Below the pieces are notes generated by a model that saw only the letters and a list, made by a program, of their open reading frames with translations, was not told where the DNA came from and did not search any database. Source: an uncultured Spartobacteria bacterium (GTDB taxonomy: Bacteria > Verrucomicrobiota > Verrucomicrobiia > Chthoniobacterales > UBA6821). Taken from it: a stretch of 64,000 nt of DNA. Below are positions 19,814 through 29,668 of the stretch, in pieces. The DNA lies in assembly GCA_903826635.1 (NCBI GenBank), contig CAIKFI010000060.1, forward strand, positions 3,451 to 67,450, written 5' to 3'. The translations under genes were made by a program, and so were the position numbers. How positions within the stretch are numbered: position 1 is the stretch's first letter; each line of letters begins with the position of its first letter.

Positions 19814-20890
19814 TTAGCCCTCGAATGTGTCGTCAAGCCAGGTAAGCAATTCGGAGATCGTCTCCTTGGTCTCGTCACCCATGTTCGAGATGCGGAAGGT
19901 CTCTCCTTTGATCTTTCCGTAGCCACCGTCGATAATGCAGGAGTGCTTGGACTTGAGTCTTCCGATCCAGGCCGCAACATCCGATCCCTTGTTATTTTTT
20001 ACGCAGGTCAATGAGACCGAGCGATACCCCTCAGGGGCGAAAAACTCCCAACCACGAGCCTTAACCCAATCGTGTACAAGTGAGTTGGTTGCAGCATGAC
20101 GGGCATAACGGTTAACAAGACCTTCTGAAGCGATATCCTCAAGCTTCGACTGAAGTGCAAAAATGTGGGAGATGACTGGGGTGCTTGGGGTCATGTCACC
20201 CTCATGGTTCTTCTGGAATTCCAAAAAATCGAAGTAGTAGCCGCGTCCCTTGATTTCGGAAGCACGCTTCATCGCTTTTTCTGAAACGGAGAAGAGAGCC
20301 ATTCCGGGAGGCAATGCAAGGGCCTTCTGGCTACCGGTCAGCATGACGTCGATGCCGAGTTCGTCCATCGGGACAGGAAGGACGGAGAAGGAAGAGACGG
20401 TATCAACGATCAGCAGGACCTCGGGAAATTCCTTGAGGACATCCGTCAATTCCTTGATCGGATTCATGCAACCTGTGGAGGTCTCGTTGTGAATGAGCGT
20501 CACAACGTCGATATCCCCCTTGGAGAGACGCGCGCGCAGGAGTTCCGGAGTAATCGGATTTCCCCATTCGACCTGAAGCTTTTCGGCTTCATAACCGCAG
20601 CGCTTGGCGACGTCGTTCCATTTGTCGGAGAAAGCGCCTGTCATGCAGTTGAGAACTTTCCCTTTGACAAGATTACGAAGGGCTCCCTCCATGATTCCCC
20701 AGGCCGAGGATGTGGAGATGTAAACAGGACGTTGTGTGTGAAAAAGCTGTTGGAGTCCCGGTTGTACGGAGGCGTAAAGTTTTTTAAAATCGTTGCCACG
20801 GTGACCGATCATCGGCTTGCGGAATGCCTGGAATGTTTTTTCCGAAACCTCAACGGGTCCCGGGCTGAAGAGTTTTATGTTTGAGCTCAT
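19814..20890 (-). CDS. class V pyridoxal-phosphate aminotransferase (serine-pyruvate / alanine-glyoxylate / phosphoserine aminotransferase type)
   Basis: LFSPGPVEVSEKT...MIGHRGNDF N-terminus, HNETSTG, and the SQKAL PLP-lysine motif. Substrate cannot be called from sequence. Confidence 0.7.
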   Translation of the reverse strand: MSSNIKLFSPGPVEVSEKTFQAFRKPMIGHRGNDFKKLYASVQPGLQQLFHTQRPVYISTSSAWGIMEGALRNLVKGKVLNCMTGAFSDKWNDVAKRCGYEAEKLQVEWGNPITPELLRARLSKGDIDVVTLIHNETSTGCMNPIKELTDVLKEFPEVLLIVDTVSSFSVLPVPMDELGIDVMLTGSQKALALPPGMALFSVSEKAMKRASEIKGRGYYFDFLEFQKNHEGDMTPSTPVISHIFALQSKLEDIASEGLVNRYARHAATNSLVHDWVKARGWEFFAPEGYRSVSLTCVKNNKGSDVAAWIGRLKSKHSCIIDGGYGKIKGETFRISNMGDETKETISELLTWLDDTFEG

Positions 20891-20916
20891 GAGGAGGCGA
20901 ATTTTGCCAGAAAGCT

Positions 20917-23478
20917 TCAGTTTTCCCAGAGAAAGTTTTGCAATCTCAACTTGTTCAGCCGGGCCTTGGCTTCGTCCGATCTCGGGCCACCTTCGGACTG
21001 AAGTTGTGTGAAAAGCACGACAGCATCATTCCACTGCTTCCTATTCTCGAGTAACCTTGCAGCCTCGAAGGCGGCTTTGTCGTGCCAGAGTTGTTCCGGA
21101 TCATCAGCCCTGGGATTCTTGAAGGCCTCGTAAAATGCGGCCAATGCGGCATCCTCATCTCCAAGAGTCTCAAGGATCAACCCGCTCTTGCAAAGAGCCT
21201 GATTGCGCCAACCCACAGGCAGGGTGGAGTCGGATGCAAGCTGACGCCAGGTTTTCACAGCCTCCCACTCTTGGGCTTGATCCTTGGCCCCCAGTTGGTG
21301 CTGGGTGTCACCTTTGGCCATGAGCGCGGCGGCAAAGATTTCATTGTCAGGCCCCGTTGTGTTGCCGGACGATCTAGAAGTCAGGATCTTATCGTAGATG
21401 ACAAGTGCTTCCAACGGAAGGTTCTGGGAGTTTTTCAACGATCCTTCCTGAAGCCTTGCCTGCCAGACCAGTTGATCGTTAGTGCCTGTCGAAGCAACAC
21501 GTTCCAATAGCATCAGGGAATCATCGATGGAGGAGGGATCCATCGAACGTGAAGCGGATTGTGCAGCCAGGAAGAGCGACCTTCGCTGGAGATCACTGCC
21601 GGCCCCAGTGGACGCCAGTTGTTCAAATTGAACCCTTGCTCCCTGTTCATCGCCAGTGGCAAGGAGGGTTTCAGCAAGTTTCAGGCGGACTTCCGGTGCG
21701 AATCGGGAATCGGGATGCGCCGTAAGGAATGCCCTCGCAGACGCGGCGACAGCCACAGAATCAGATTTCCGGCCAGTGTCCTTGAGAAAAACCCCAAGAT
21801 ACTCCTCCCGCTCGGGTTCCCCTGAGTATTCATGCACGGCCTTGGAAAGATCCTGATTGGCTTCCTCTCCCTTGCCCGAGTTCATGTTGAGTTCGGCGGC
21901 GGCAAGCCTCGCCCGGGATTTCAGGGTCGATGAGGAGGATTCATCCCCGATCTTTGAGAGAAGGGACAGGGCGGAGGGTTCTCCGCGGCGTGTAAGATCA
22001 AGGGCGATCTGGAATTCCATTTCCTCGGAGGGTTCGCCAGCGTTCATCTCAACAAGGCACTTCGCCTTCTGCGAAAGATCCAGCGCCCCTCTTTCCGAGG
22101 AGGAGATCAGGACCGCTTGGTTGAACAGAGCATTCCCACTGATCGAGGGGTCGAGTGAACGTGCGGTTTGAAAATCCGACTGGGCCAACTCCGTCCTGTT
22201 GGAGGCCGCTTCAGCCAGACCTCGAATAAAAGCAAGGCGGGCCCTTAGGCCGGGCGTGGTTGTCGAACGGTCGGCACTCCAGACCAATGCGTCAGCAGGC
22301 AATCCTCTCTGAAGAAGAGCCGAAGCCAGCAAAAGCCTGCCCTGATCAGCCAACGGATCGTCCGGATATTTCCTGATAAATGTCTCCATGAGGGACTCCC
22401 CATCGCCCGTTTGATGATCACCCGATTGGTGAAGACTCAACGCATTTTTCGATTGATAGAAATCCGCGTATTTTGCGCGGGTGGGCTTCGAGGAGTCCTG
22501 AGCCCATTTTTTCAAGGTCGAAAACGTGGAAAAGGACGAGGGGGACGTGGAGGATGTTCCGGAAGACAAATAGAGTTGGTCGAGCAGTTTGAATTGTTCC
22601 TCAATCAAAGGGGACTCATCTCCCTTTTCGAGATGTTTTTCCAAGAGTCCTATTCCCAACTCCCTTCCCTCCGGGGAATTTGTGGAAGATGATAAACAGA
22701 GCGCCTCACCATAGGTGGACGCCGATGAAATCCACGGGGAAGCGGGCTGGACAGAAGCGAAGAGTCTTCTGGCCTCCGCAGTCTTCCCAGCACGCCAATT
22801 GGCGATGGCTTTCAGGTAGATTGCAGAGGATTTTCCCTCATTGCTCTGGAAAGTGGCTTTTTCCATCAACTTGATGGCCTCGTCCAACTGATTCAGGGCA
22901 ACCAGATCAACCCCCTCTTCCAGAAGCACATCCTCAGCAAACGCAGAGTCCTTTGAAATCGTGCGTAATGCTTCTAGGGCAGCATCGGGTTCATGGTTTG
23001 CCCGCAACGACCTGGCCAGACATAGAGTCACAAGATCGGAGGGGGTTGCTGCGGACATTGTCCCCGAATTGTGGAGGGAGGTCAGGATTCCTTTTGCCCC
23101 AGCAGCATCACCGGTCCCGAGCAATGAGACAGCTTTCCAAAAAGAAACTTTCGGGTCATTCCCTGCATCAAAAGAGGCCATTACCTCAAGGGCCTCGCGA
23201 TATCGACCGCCAGCAACCAGCAATTCGAGCAGGCGCTGTGTGAGTTCCATCTTCTTTGGCGGATCCTGCTCCTGCTGAATCTGGGTCCTCAGAACGGCTG
23301 CTGAAACCTGTGGAAGATTCTCGGCAAAGGCCTGCTTGGCAAGATCAACCGGGGCGTTTGAAAGGAGCGTATCAGCCGATGCGGCAAAGCCTGAAATGAT
23401 CAACGTGCCAGCACACGACGCAACCAGAAACCGGTATGGCTTGAAGAATGCTCCGATACCTCGTCCGGTGTTCCGCAT
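20917..23478 (-). CDS. large secreted TPR-repeat protein
   Basis: About 850 aa. Signal-like N-terminus from M22 ([35 protein letters not shown]), then Ala/Leu-rich TPR-like helical repeats throughout. The start codon is uncertain. Confidence 0.55.
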   Translation of the reverse strand: MRNTGRGIGAFFKPYRFLVASCAGTLIISGFAASADTLLSNAPVDLAKQAFAENLPQVSAAVLRTQIQQEQDPPKKMELTQRLLELLVAGGRYREALEVMASFDAGNDPKVSFWKAVSLLGTGDAAGAKGILTSLHNSGTMSAATPSDLVTLCLARSLRANHEPDAALEALRTISKDSAFAEDVLLEEGVDLVALNQLDEAIKLMEKATFQSNEGKSSAIYLKAIANWRAGKTAEARRLFASVQPASPWISSASTYGEALCLSSSTNSPEGRELGIGLLEKHLEKGDESPLIEEQFKLLDQLYLSSGTSSTSPSSFSTFSTLKKWAQDSSKPTRAKYADFYQSKNALSLHQSGDHQTGDGESLMETFIRKYPDDPLADQGRLLLASALLQRGLPADALVWSADRSTTTPGLRARLAFIRGLAEAASNRTELAQSDFQTARSLDPSISGNALFNQAVLISSSERGALDLSQKAKCLVEMNAGEPSEEMEFQIALDLTRRGEPSALSLLSKIGDESSSSTLKSRARLAAAELNMNSGKGEEANQDLSKAVHEYSGEPEREEYLGVFLKDTGRKSDSVAVAASARAFLTAHPDSRFAPEVRLKLAETLLATGDEQGARVQFEQLASTGAGSDLQRRSLFLAAQSASRSMDPSSIDDSLMLLERVASTGTNDQLVWQARLQEGSLKNSQNLPLEALVIYDKILTSRSSGNTTGPDNEIFAAALMAKGDTQHQLGAKDQAQEWEAVKTWRQLASDSTLPVGWRNQALCKSGLILETLGDEDAALAAFYEAFKNPRADDPEQLWHDKAAFEAARLLENRKQWNDAVVLFTQLQSEGGPRSDEAKARLNKLRLQNFLWEN

Positions 23479-26342
23479 ACCACGAGTTCTCCTCCCGATT
23501 CCCCTCCATCCGGGCCCATGTCGATGATCCAGTCCGCGCATTTGATTACTTCAAGATTATGTTCAATGACGATGAGGGTATTTCCGCCGTCGCGCAACCT
23601 CAGGAGCACTTCGAGCAGTTTCTGGATATCAGCAAAATGAAGTCCCGTTGTCGGTTCGTCCAGCAGGTAGAGTGTTCGCCCGGTTGCTTTTTTTGAGAGT
23701 TCACTCGCAAGTTTGAGCCTCTGGGCCTCCCCTCCAGAGAGTGTCGTAGCTGACTGACCAAGCTTAAGATAGCCCAGACCGACCTCTTGAAGCACTTCCA
23801 GTTTCCCATGGATAGCGGGGATGGGGCGGAAGAATCCCGACGCATCGTCGATGGTCATGTCCAGCACGTCGGAGATATTCTTCCCTTTGTAGGAGATTTC
23901 CAGTGTTTCGCGGTTAAACCTTTTTCCACGGCAGAGTTCGCACTCCACAAACACATCAGCCAGGAAGTGCATCTCGATCCTTATCATACCGTCACCCTCA
24001 CACCCTTCGCACCGCCCTCCCTTCACATTGCAGGAGAAACGCGAGCGCGAATATCCGCGCACCTTCGCCGCTGGCAGTCCACTGAAGAGGTCCCTGACAG
24101 GACTAAAAACACCGGAGTAGGTGGCGGGATTGGAGCGAGGAGTTCTTCCGATCGGGCTTTGGTCAATGACCACAACTTTGTCAAAGGCATCGGATCCCAA
24201 GACCTCGGCGTGAGTGCCCGGGGTCTCTTTTGCTCCGTAAAACTGACGAGCCAGCGCGCGGTGGAGAATGTCGTTCACGAGCGTCGACTTACCACTTCCC
24301 GAGACACCGGTAACCACGGTAAAAAGCCCCACGGGAAAGCCGACCGTGAGCCTCTTTAGATTGTTCTCCAAAGCTTCGGAAACTGTCAGCCAACCAGGAC
24401 CGGGGGCAGGATGAATCGGTGCTCGAAGTCGGATTCTGGGAACGGAAATCCGCGCCTTTCCCGAGAGAAACTGACCCGTGACCGAGGCAGGGTTGGCAAA
24501 GATCTCTGCGGGGGTGCCCGTCGCAACGATCTCCCCTCCCCTGGGTCCCGCTCCGGGTCCCATATCGAGGATATGGTCGGCAGCCAGAATCGTCTCCTCG
24601 TCATGTTCCACAACGACAACCGAATTTCCAAGATCCCTCAGACCGCGCAATGTCGCCAGAAGGCGCTCGTTATCACGTTGATGCAGACCGATGCTTGGCT
24701 CGTCCAGCACGTAAAGGACGCCGGAAAGTCCTGATCCGATTTGGGTCGCAAGCCTGATGCGCTGAGCCTCGCCTCCAGACAGCGTGCCACTCTCACGGTT
24801 AAGGGTTAGATAACCGAGTCCGACCTCCACCAGAAAGCCCAGTCGTGCGCAGATCTCACGGAGAAGGTCATCGGTGATTTTCCGCTCGGACGCAGAAAGT
24901 CGGAGTCCTCTCAGAACTTTCCAAGCCTTGTCGGCTGACAGTGAGCAGAGTTCCTCGATATTCCACTCCATGGAATCCTCATCCGTGAGGGTGACTCCCA
25001 GAATCTCCGGACGGAGTCGGGCACCAGCGCAGGTGCTACATGCTTTGCGGGAGAAGTATGTCTTGAGGCGGTTTTTTTTTAGCTCGCTTTCGGAGGTCCG
25101 CATCTGGCGCTCAAGCATGGCCACCAACCCCTCGAAAGGCTTGAGATTGGAAGATCTTCCCTTGGTTCCCCCGTTAACAAGGCCGGTAGCCGCCAAACTC
25201 TCTCCTTTCGTGCCGTGAAAAAGCATTTCTTTGAAGGTCTGTGGAAGATCACGGAAGGGAATCCCCAGATCGGCACCCGTCTCCTTGCAGAGAGCTTCCA
25301 AAACGGACTGATAATATCGGCCCATCCTCTTGTCAGGAGTGCGCCAGGGTCGGATGGCTCCCTTGCTGAGAGTCATCTCCGGATCAACGATCAGACTGGG
25401 ATCACAGAATGACTCCGTTCCGATCCCCTGACAGGAAGGACAGGCACCGAGATGACTGTTGAATGAAAAATGGCGGGGGGTCAGTCTCGCCATGGTGAAT
25501 CCCGTTTCAGGGTTGCAGAAGTCTGTGGAAAAAGGGCGCTCCTCCCACTGCTCTGACGACGAATCGGAGGTGCCCGGAGATTGATGAAGGACCACCACTA
25601 TATTGTTCCCCCATCGCAGGGAGGTCTCTAGCGAATCGAGAAGGCGTTCACGAATCCCCTCACCACCCACCTCTGGACCGGTCGTCGACTTAAGAGCCAA
25701 TCGATCGACCACCGCCTCGATCGTATGTTTCTTGGTCTTGAGCAACTTGATCGGCTCAGGACGTCCGAGGTCGATGATCTCACCATCAATCCGCAGACGC
25801 ACAAATCCCTCGCGTCTCGCACGGTCGATCACATCACGGAACTCTCCAGGCTCATTCCTGACAAGAGGTGCAAGGAGCATCAGACGAGTTCCCTCCGCCC
25901 ATGAGAGAATTTCATGACCGATTTCCTGAGGTGATTGTCGGCGGACGGAAGCCCCTGTCTTGGGATCGTGAGGGACACCAATCGATGAATAGAGAACCCG
26001 GAGATAATCGTAAATTTCCGTCGTGGTTGCGATCGTCGAACGGGGATTGGGAGGGGCGATCCTCTGCTCGATAGCGATCGCCGGAGAGAGCCCCTCAATG
26101 TGATCCACCTCAGGCTTCTGCATCTGATCAAGGAACTGACGTGCATAGGCCGAGAGACTTTCGACATAGCGCCTCTGTCCCTCCGCAAAGAGCGTGTCAA
26201 ATGCAAGCGATGACTTCCCAGAACCACTCGGCCCCGTGATGACGACGAGCTTGTTGCGGGGAATCTCCACATCAAGATTACGCAGGTTATGCTGCCTGGC
26301 TCCCTTGATCCGGATCATCTGAGCCTCCTCGGATGCCACCAT
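23400..26342 (-). CDS. uvrA: excinuclease ABC subunit A
   Basis: 980 aa. Two ABC ATPase modules ([14 protein letters not shown] and [13 protein letters not shown], with LSGGEAQR signature motifs twice) and the Zn modules CPSCQG and CEGCEGDG. Confidence 0.97.
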   Translation of the reverse strand: MVASEEAQMIRIKGARQHNLRNLDVEIPRNKLVVITGPSGSGKSSLAFDTLFAEGQRRYVESLSAYARQFLDQMQKPEVDHIEGLSPAIAIEQRIAPPNPRSTIATTTEIYDYLRVLYSSIGVPHDPKTGASVRRQSPQEIGHEILSWAEGTRLMLLAPLVRNEPGEFRDVIDRARREGFVRLRIDGEIIDLGRPEPIKLLKTKKHTIEAVVDRLALKSTTGPEVGGEGIRERLLDSLETSLRWGNNIVVVLHQSPGTSDSSSEQWEERPFSTDFCNPETGFTMARLTPRHFSFNSHLGACPSCQGIGTESFCDPSLIVDPEMTLSKGAIRPWRTPDKRMGRYYQSVLEALCKETGADLGIPFRDLPQTFKEMLFHGTKGESLAATGLVNGGTKGRSSNLKPFEGLVAMLERQMRTSESELKKNRLKTYFSRKACSTCAGARLRPEILGVTLTDEDSMEWNIEELCSLSADKAWKVLRGLRLSASERKITDDLLREICARLGFLVEVGLGYLTLNRESGTLSGGEAQRIRLATQIGSGLSGVLYVLDEPSIGLHQRDNERLLATLRGLRDLGNSVVVVEHDEETILAADHILDMGPGAGPRGGEIVATGTPAEIFANPASVTGQFLSGKARISVPRIRLRAPIHPAPGPGWLTVSEALENNLKRLTVGFPVGLFTVVTGVSGSGKSTLVNDILHRALARQFYGAKETPGTHAEVLGSDAFDKVVVIDQSPIGRTPRSNPATYSGVFSPVRDLFSGLPAAKVRGYSRSRFSCNVKGGRCEGCEGDGMIRIEMHFLADVFVECELCRGKRFNRETLEISYKGKNISDVLDMTIDDASGFFRPIPAIHGKLEVLQEVGLGYLKLGQSATTLSGGEAQRLKLASELSKKATGRTLYLLDEPTTGLHFADIQKLLEVLLRLRDGGNTLIVIEHNLEVIKCADWIIDMGPDGGESGGELVVCGTPDEVSEHSSSHTGFWLRRVLAR

Positions 26343-26344
26343 AC

Positions 26345-27481
26345 TCAGACAAGTTCAAAAACCGAGACTGATTCGATCTCGGCCGTCTGAGGGAACATAT
26401 CCAGCGGAGTCACCTGAACAATCCTGTAACGGTTCGATAGGACAGTCAGTCGCTTCGCATCACGTGCCAGCGTGGCGGGATTGCAGGAGACATAGACAAT
26501 CCGGGCGGGCGGTATCTCGAGGATCGTCTCGGTGACTTGATCGGCGAGTCCCTCGGAGGGAGGATCAAGAAGAAGCACCGTCCCGGTAGAGGAACCTGCG
26601 GAAAGTGCCGGATGAATCATCTGCTCGACATCGCCTGCGAGATACTCCTCGTTGGGGGCAGCCTGACGACTGGCCATCGCCACGGAGGCAATGGAACGCT
26701 CAATACCGATCACCTTTGTGAAGAGAGACTGCAATTCATGTCCGAAAAAACCGGCGCCGCAGTAGGCGTCAATAAGCAGTTCATTGATTGCAGGGGCATC
26801 TCCGGAGGGCCTGACTGCCTCACGGACAGTTTTTTTCAGGATTTCAGCGACAGCATTATTCACCTGACGAAAGCCGCCGTATCTTTTCTTCTCTCCGATC
26901 AGATAGTTACCGTCCTGAGGACGAGATTTCCGCAAATCCTGGAAGCCCTCATTCACCTCCCCGGAAGCAATCAGACACTTTTCTACTGGAACAACCTTGT
27001 TCGATCCCTCGGCGAAGAACCCGATGTCCCCGTCCTTAACATGAACCGTGATGCGGTTCCGATAGGAATACGGCTCCGGCGATGGGATCATCTCACCTAC
27101 GGGAGGTGCATCGATTCCACCAAGTCTGCGTAACGCTTCACGGAGTTGGTTTTCCTTGATGCTCAACTGGTGGGGGTAATCGATGTGCTGGTAGGAGCAG
27201 CCTCCGCACTTCAGAAAGACCGGGCACGGCGGTTCCACGCGATGGGGTGAGGGTTCGATCACATCGATCAGCCCCCCCTCCATCATGCGGGATTTTACCT
27301 TCCAGATACGGGCCTGAACTTTTTCGCTATCGATCACACCAGCCACGAAACAGGCAATTCCATCAACTCGGCCGACCCCCTTCCCACCAAAGCCAATATC
27401 ATTGATATCGAGCAGGACCTCCTGACCTGGCCTCATTTTTGGAGACTGGATTGCGTCCGAGCTGTTTTCTTTTTTGGCCAT
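26345..27481 (-). CDS. TRAM-domain RNA (uracil-5-)-methyltransferase, RlmD/TrmA family
   Basis: N-terminal TRAM-like domain, Fe-S Cys cluster CPVFLKCGGCSYQH, SAM motif DAYCGAGFFG, and catalytic region VYVSCNPATLARD. Confidence 0.8.
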   Translation of the reverse strand: MAKKENSSDAIQSPKMRPGQEVLLDINDIGFGGKGVGRVDGIACFVAGVIDSEKVQARIWKVKSRMMEGGLIDVIEPSPHRVEPPCPVFLKCGGCSYQHIDYPHQLSIKENQLREALRRLGGIDAPPVGEMIPSPEPYSYRNRITVHVKDGDIGFFAEGSNKVVPVEKCLIASGEVNEGFQDLRKSRPQDGNYLIGEKKRYGGFRQVNNAVAEILKKTVREAVRPSGDAPAINELLIDAYCGAGFFGHELQSLFTKVIGIERSIASVAMASRQAAPNEEYLAGDVEQMIHPALSAGSSTGTVLLLDPPSEGLADQVTETILEIPPARIVYVSCNPATLARDAKRLTVLSNRYRIVQVTPLDMFPQTAEIESVSVFELV

Positions 27482-27525
27482 ACCTTAGGATCGGCCTACG
27501 CCCAGAGAGGAGCAAAACAAAAAGG

Positions 27526-28551
27526 ATGAAATCACAAAGTCAGGATCAAAAGGATAAACGCTTCATGCTCCTCGCCATGAAAGAGGCAATCCGCGCTCTT
27601 GGCAGAACAAGTCCCAATCCCGCCGTCGGGGCGGTGCTTGTAAAAAACGATCAGATCCTTTCCAAGGGATTCCATAGATCCGCAGGACTTCCCCACGCCG
27701 AGATTGAAGCACTCCGGAAGCTCAGCCCTTCAAAGGCCATTGGAGCCACGCTTTACGTCACCTTGGAACCCTGCTCCTCCCACGGAAAAACTCCTCCCTG
27801 CACTGAGGCAATTCTTGCAGCGGGCATCAGCCGCGTTGTTTATGGTGCGACCGATCCAGACAAACGACACCGGGGGAGAGCCTCCAGGATTCTCAGCAAG
27901 GCCGGCATCGTCGTGAGGGATGGAGTCCTTGACATGGAATGCAGTGCGATCAATGCCCATTGGAATCATTGTGCCAGCACAGGCCTGCCTTGGGTCATTG
28001 CCAAGGCCGCGCTCACCTTGGACGGATGTATTGACTCTCACCCCCAGAGCAGATGGATCTCATCGGAGGAGAGCCGCAAGGAATCCATGCGCCTCAGAAC
28101 CAATGTTGAGGCCATCCTCGTTGGTGGAGGGACAGTCCGCTCCGACGATCCCTCCCTCACGATCCGGGATATCAGAATCTCAAAGAATCATCCCCAACCG
28201 TGGCGCATCATCTGGTCAAAGAGTGGAAAGATCCCGAGGAAGTCAAAACTCCTTATGGACACCCACCGCGATCGAACGCTTCTCTTTGGGGGGATAACAT
28301 TACGAAAAGTTCTTCAGGAACTCGGCAAGCGGGGCATCTCCTGCGTCCTGATCGAAGGGGGAGGATATACCCTAGGCGAGTCCTTCAAACGAAAACTGGT
28401 CGATGAAGTCCGCTTCTTCATCGCCCCGGTGATCCAAGGAGGGAAGATCCCAGCAGTCAAGGCCCACATCTCCCCTGCCCATCTGACCGATTTAACCTAC
28501 ACTAAGATCGGCTCGGATGTGATGATCTCGGGGTTGGTAAAGAAAGGCTGA
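27526..28551 (+). CDS. ribD: bifunctional riboflavin biosynthesis deaminase/reductase RibD
   Basis: From the ATG at 27526, preceded by AAAGG. Deaminase motifs HAEIEAL and TLEPCSSHGKTPPC, and C-terminal reductase domain KAALTLDG...LIEGGG. Confidence 0.92.
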   Translation: MKSQSQDQKDKRFMLLAMKEAIRALGRTSPNPAVGAVLVKNDQILSKGFHRSAGLPHAEIEALRKLSPSKAIGATLYVTLEPCSSHGKTPPCTEAILAAGISRVVYGATDPDKRHRGRASRILSKAGIVVRDGVLDMECSAINAHWNHCASTGLPWVIAKAALTLDGCIDSHPQSRWISSEESRKESMRLRTNVEAILVGGGTVRSDDPSLTIRDIRISKNHPQPWRIIWSKSGKIPRKSKLLMDTHRDRTLLFGGITLRKVLQELGKRGISCVLIEGGGYTLGESFKRKLVDEVRFFIAPVIQGGKIPAVKAHISPAHLTDLTYTKIGSDVMISGLVKKG

Positions 28552-28592
28552 GGGGTCGTGCAGAGAGGAAGTGGACCTTTAAAAATCTCCTA

Positions 28593-28771
28593 ATGGACAC
28601 CAAAACGCAGATTTTCATTGAACGCGCTGAGAAGGTCCACGGGGAAAATATGATTACACTAGGACAGTTTATGTACAGGTTCCCTCAAAACTCACCATCA
28701 GCTGTAAAAAACATGGAGATTTTGATCAGATAGCTGACCGTCATTTACGAGAAAGCATTCCTTTCCCTTGA
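28593..28771 (+). pseudogene. frameshifted, truncated remnant of a phage/mobile-element-type homing-endonuclease-associated gene (HG-KYDYS ... C-KHG-F-Q ... HL repeat module)
   Basis: Frame A from the ATG at 28593 reads MDTKTQIFIERAEKVHGE. After a 1-nt shift near GGGGAAAA, frame B reads KYDYTRTVYVQVPSKLTISCKKHGDFDQIADRHLRESIPFP then a stop at 28769-28771. Joined, they reproduce the FIEKAxKxHGxKYDYSxVxY...CxxHGxFxQxxxxHL module, but the closing GCPxC is missing. Confidence 0.5.
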
Positions 28772-28918
28772 ACTAAGCATTACATCGGATAAGCAATGAG
28801 TCAGGCGGTCAAGCGTAGCTGTTGTGAACCTATTGAAAGCAAAGGGGCCAATGCCACGATGATGCAACAGACCAAGCTCTTTCCAAAGATTAGATTTTTT
28901 GTGTAAGCTAATCCATAT

Positions 28919-29668
28919 ATGCATAAATTAGTATTCATCCGCCACGGCGAAAGCACCTGGAACCAAGAGAACCGCTTCACTGGTTGGACCGATGTCGATC
29001 TGAATGAAAAAGGTCTCCGTGAAGCCAAGGCTGCAGGGGAACTTCTCAAGAAGGAGGGATACAGTTTTGATAGATCCTTTGTATCCGTCCTGAAGCGCGC
29101 CCTGCGAACGAATTGGATGATACTGGACGAACTGGATGAACTCTGGATCCCGATTGAGCGCTCATGGCGTCTGAACGAGCGTCACTACGGCTCTCTTCAG
29201 GGACTCAACAAAGCCGAGACTGCGGCAAAGTTCGGGGACGACCAGGTTCTGATCTGGCGTCGCAGTTATGATGTGCCGCCACCAGTCCTTGAGAAGAGCG
29301 ATGCTCGCTGGCCTGGTCACGATCCACGCTACAAGGATGTCCCGGAGGCCGAACTTCCCCTCACCGAGTGCCTCAAGGATACGGTGGACCGCGTGCTTCC
29401 CTACTGGCACGAGGAGATCGCACCGGCAGTCAGTCGCGGCGAGAAGGTGCTGGTCACCGCCCACGGGAATACGCTCCGCGCGATGGTAAAGTATCTTGAT
29501 AACCTCTCCGAGGAAGAAGTCCTTGCCCTGAATATCCCTACAGGCATCCCTCTTGTCTATGAACTGGATGACTCTCTGAAGGCAATCCGCCATTACTATC
29601 TTGGTGACGCCGAGGCGATCGCAGCCGCTGCTGCGGCGGTGGCCTCACAGGGCAAGGCTCAGAAGTAA
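28919..29668 (+). CDS. gpmA: 2,3-bisphosphoglycerate-dependent phosphoglycerate mutase
   Basis: [25 protein letters not shown] (catalytic His), ERHYG, and [12 protein letters not shown] (second His). Confidence 0.95.
   Translation: MHKLVFIRHGESTWNQENRFTGWTDVDLNEKGLREAKAAGELLKKEGYSFDRSFVSVLKRALRTNWMILDELDELWIPIERSWRLNERHYGSLQGLNKAETAAKFGDDQVLIWRRSYDVPPPVLEKSDARWPGHDPRYKDVPEAELPLTECLKDTVDRVLPYWHEEIAPAVSRGEKVLVTAHGNTLRAMVKYLDNLSEEEVLALNIPTGIPLVYELDDSLKAIRHYYLGDAEAIAAAAAAVASQGKAQK

Noticed and set aside
23400-23478. 79-nt same-strand overlap between the uvrA 3' end and the TPR-protein start
   Set aside because: This is most likely start-codon ambiguity. M22 at 23478 is the only ATG that retains the signal peptide, but I cannot exclude a non-canonical start. 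It is not evidence of a functional overlap.
25072-25080. Homopolymer tracts inside genes as possible phase-variation switches: A9 (T9 on the plus strand) in uvrA, T9G6 in rsmI at 39872-39886, and several A8/T8 runs
   Set aside because: A single sequence cannot show length variation. Runs of 8-9 encoding Lys or Phe are frequent in this window, and both genes are in frame.
27482-27525. Possible FMN riboswitch upstream of ribD
   Set aside because: Only 44 nt separate ribD from the divergent methyltransferase start. This is too short for an FMN element of about 130 nt, and no conserved FMN-box sequence is visible.
28801-29049. 82-aa minus-strand ORF across the gpmA start
   Set aside because: It overlaps the unmistakable gpmA N-terminus in antisense. 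The translation has no motifs.
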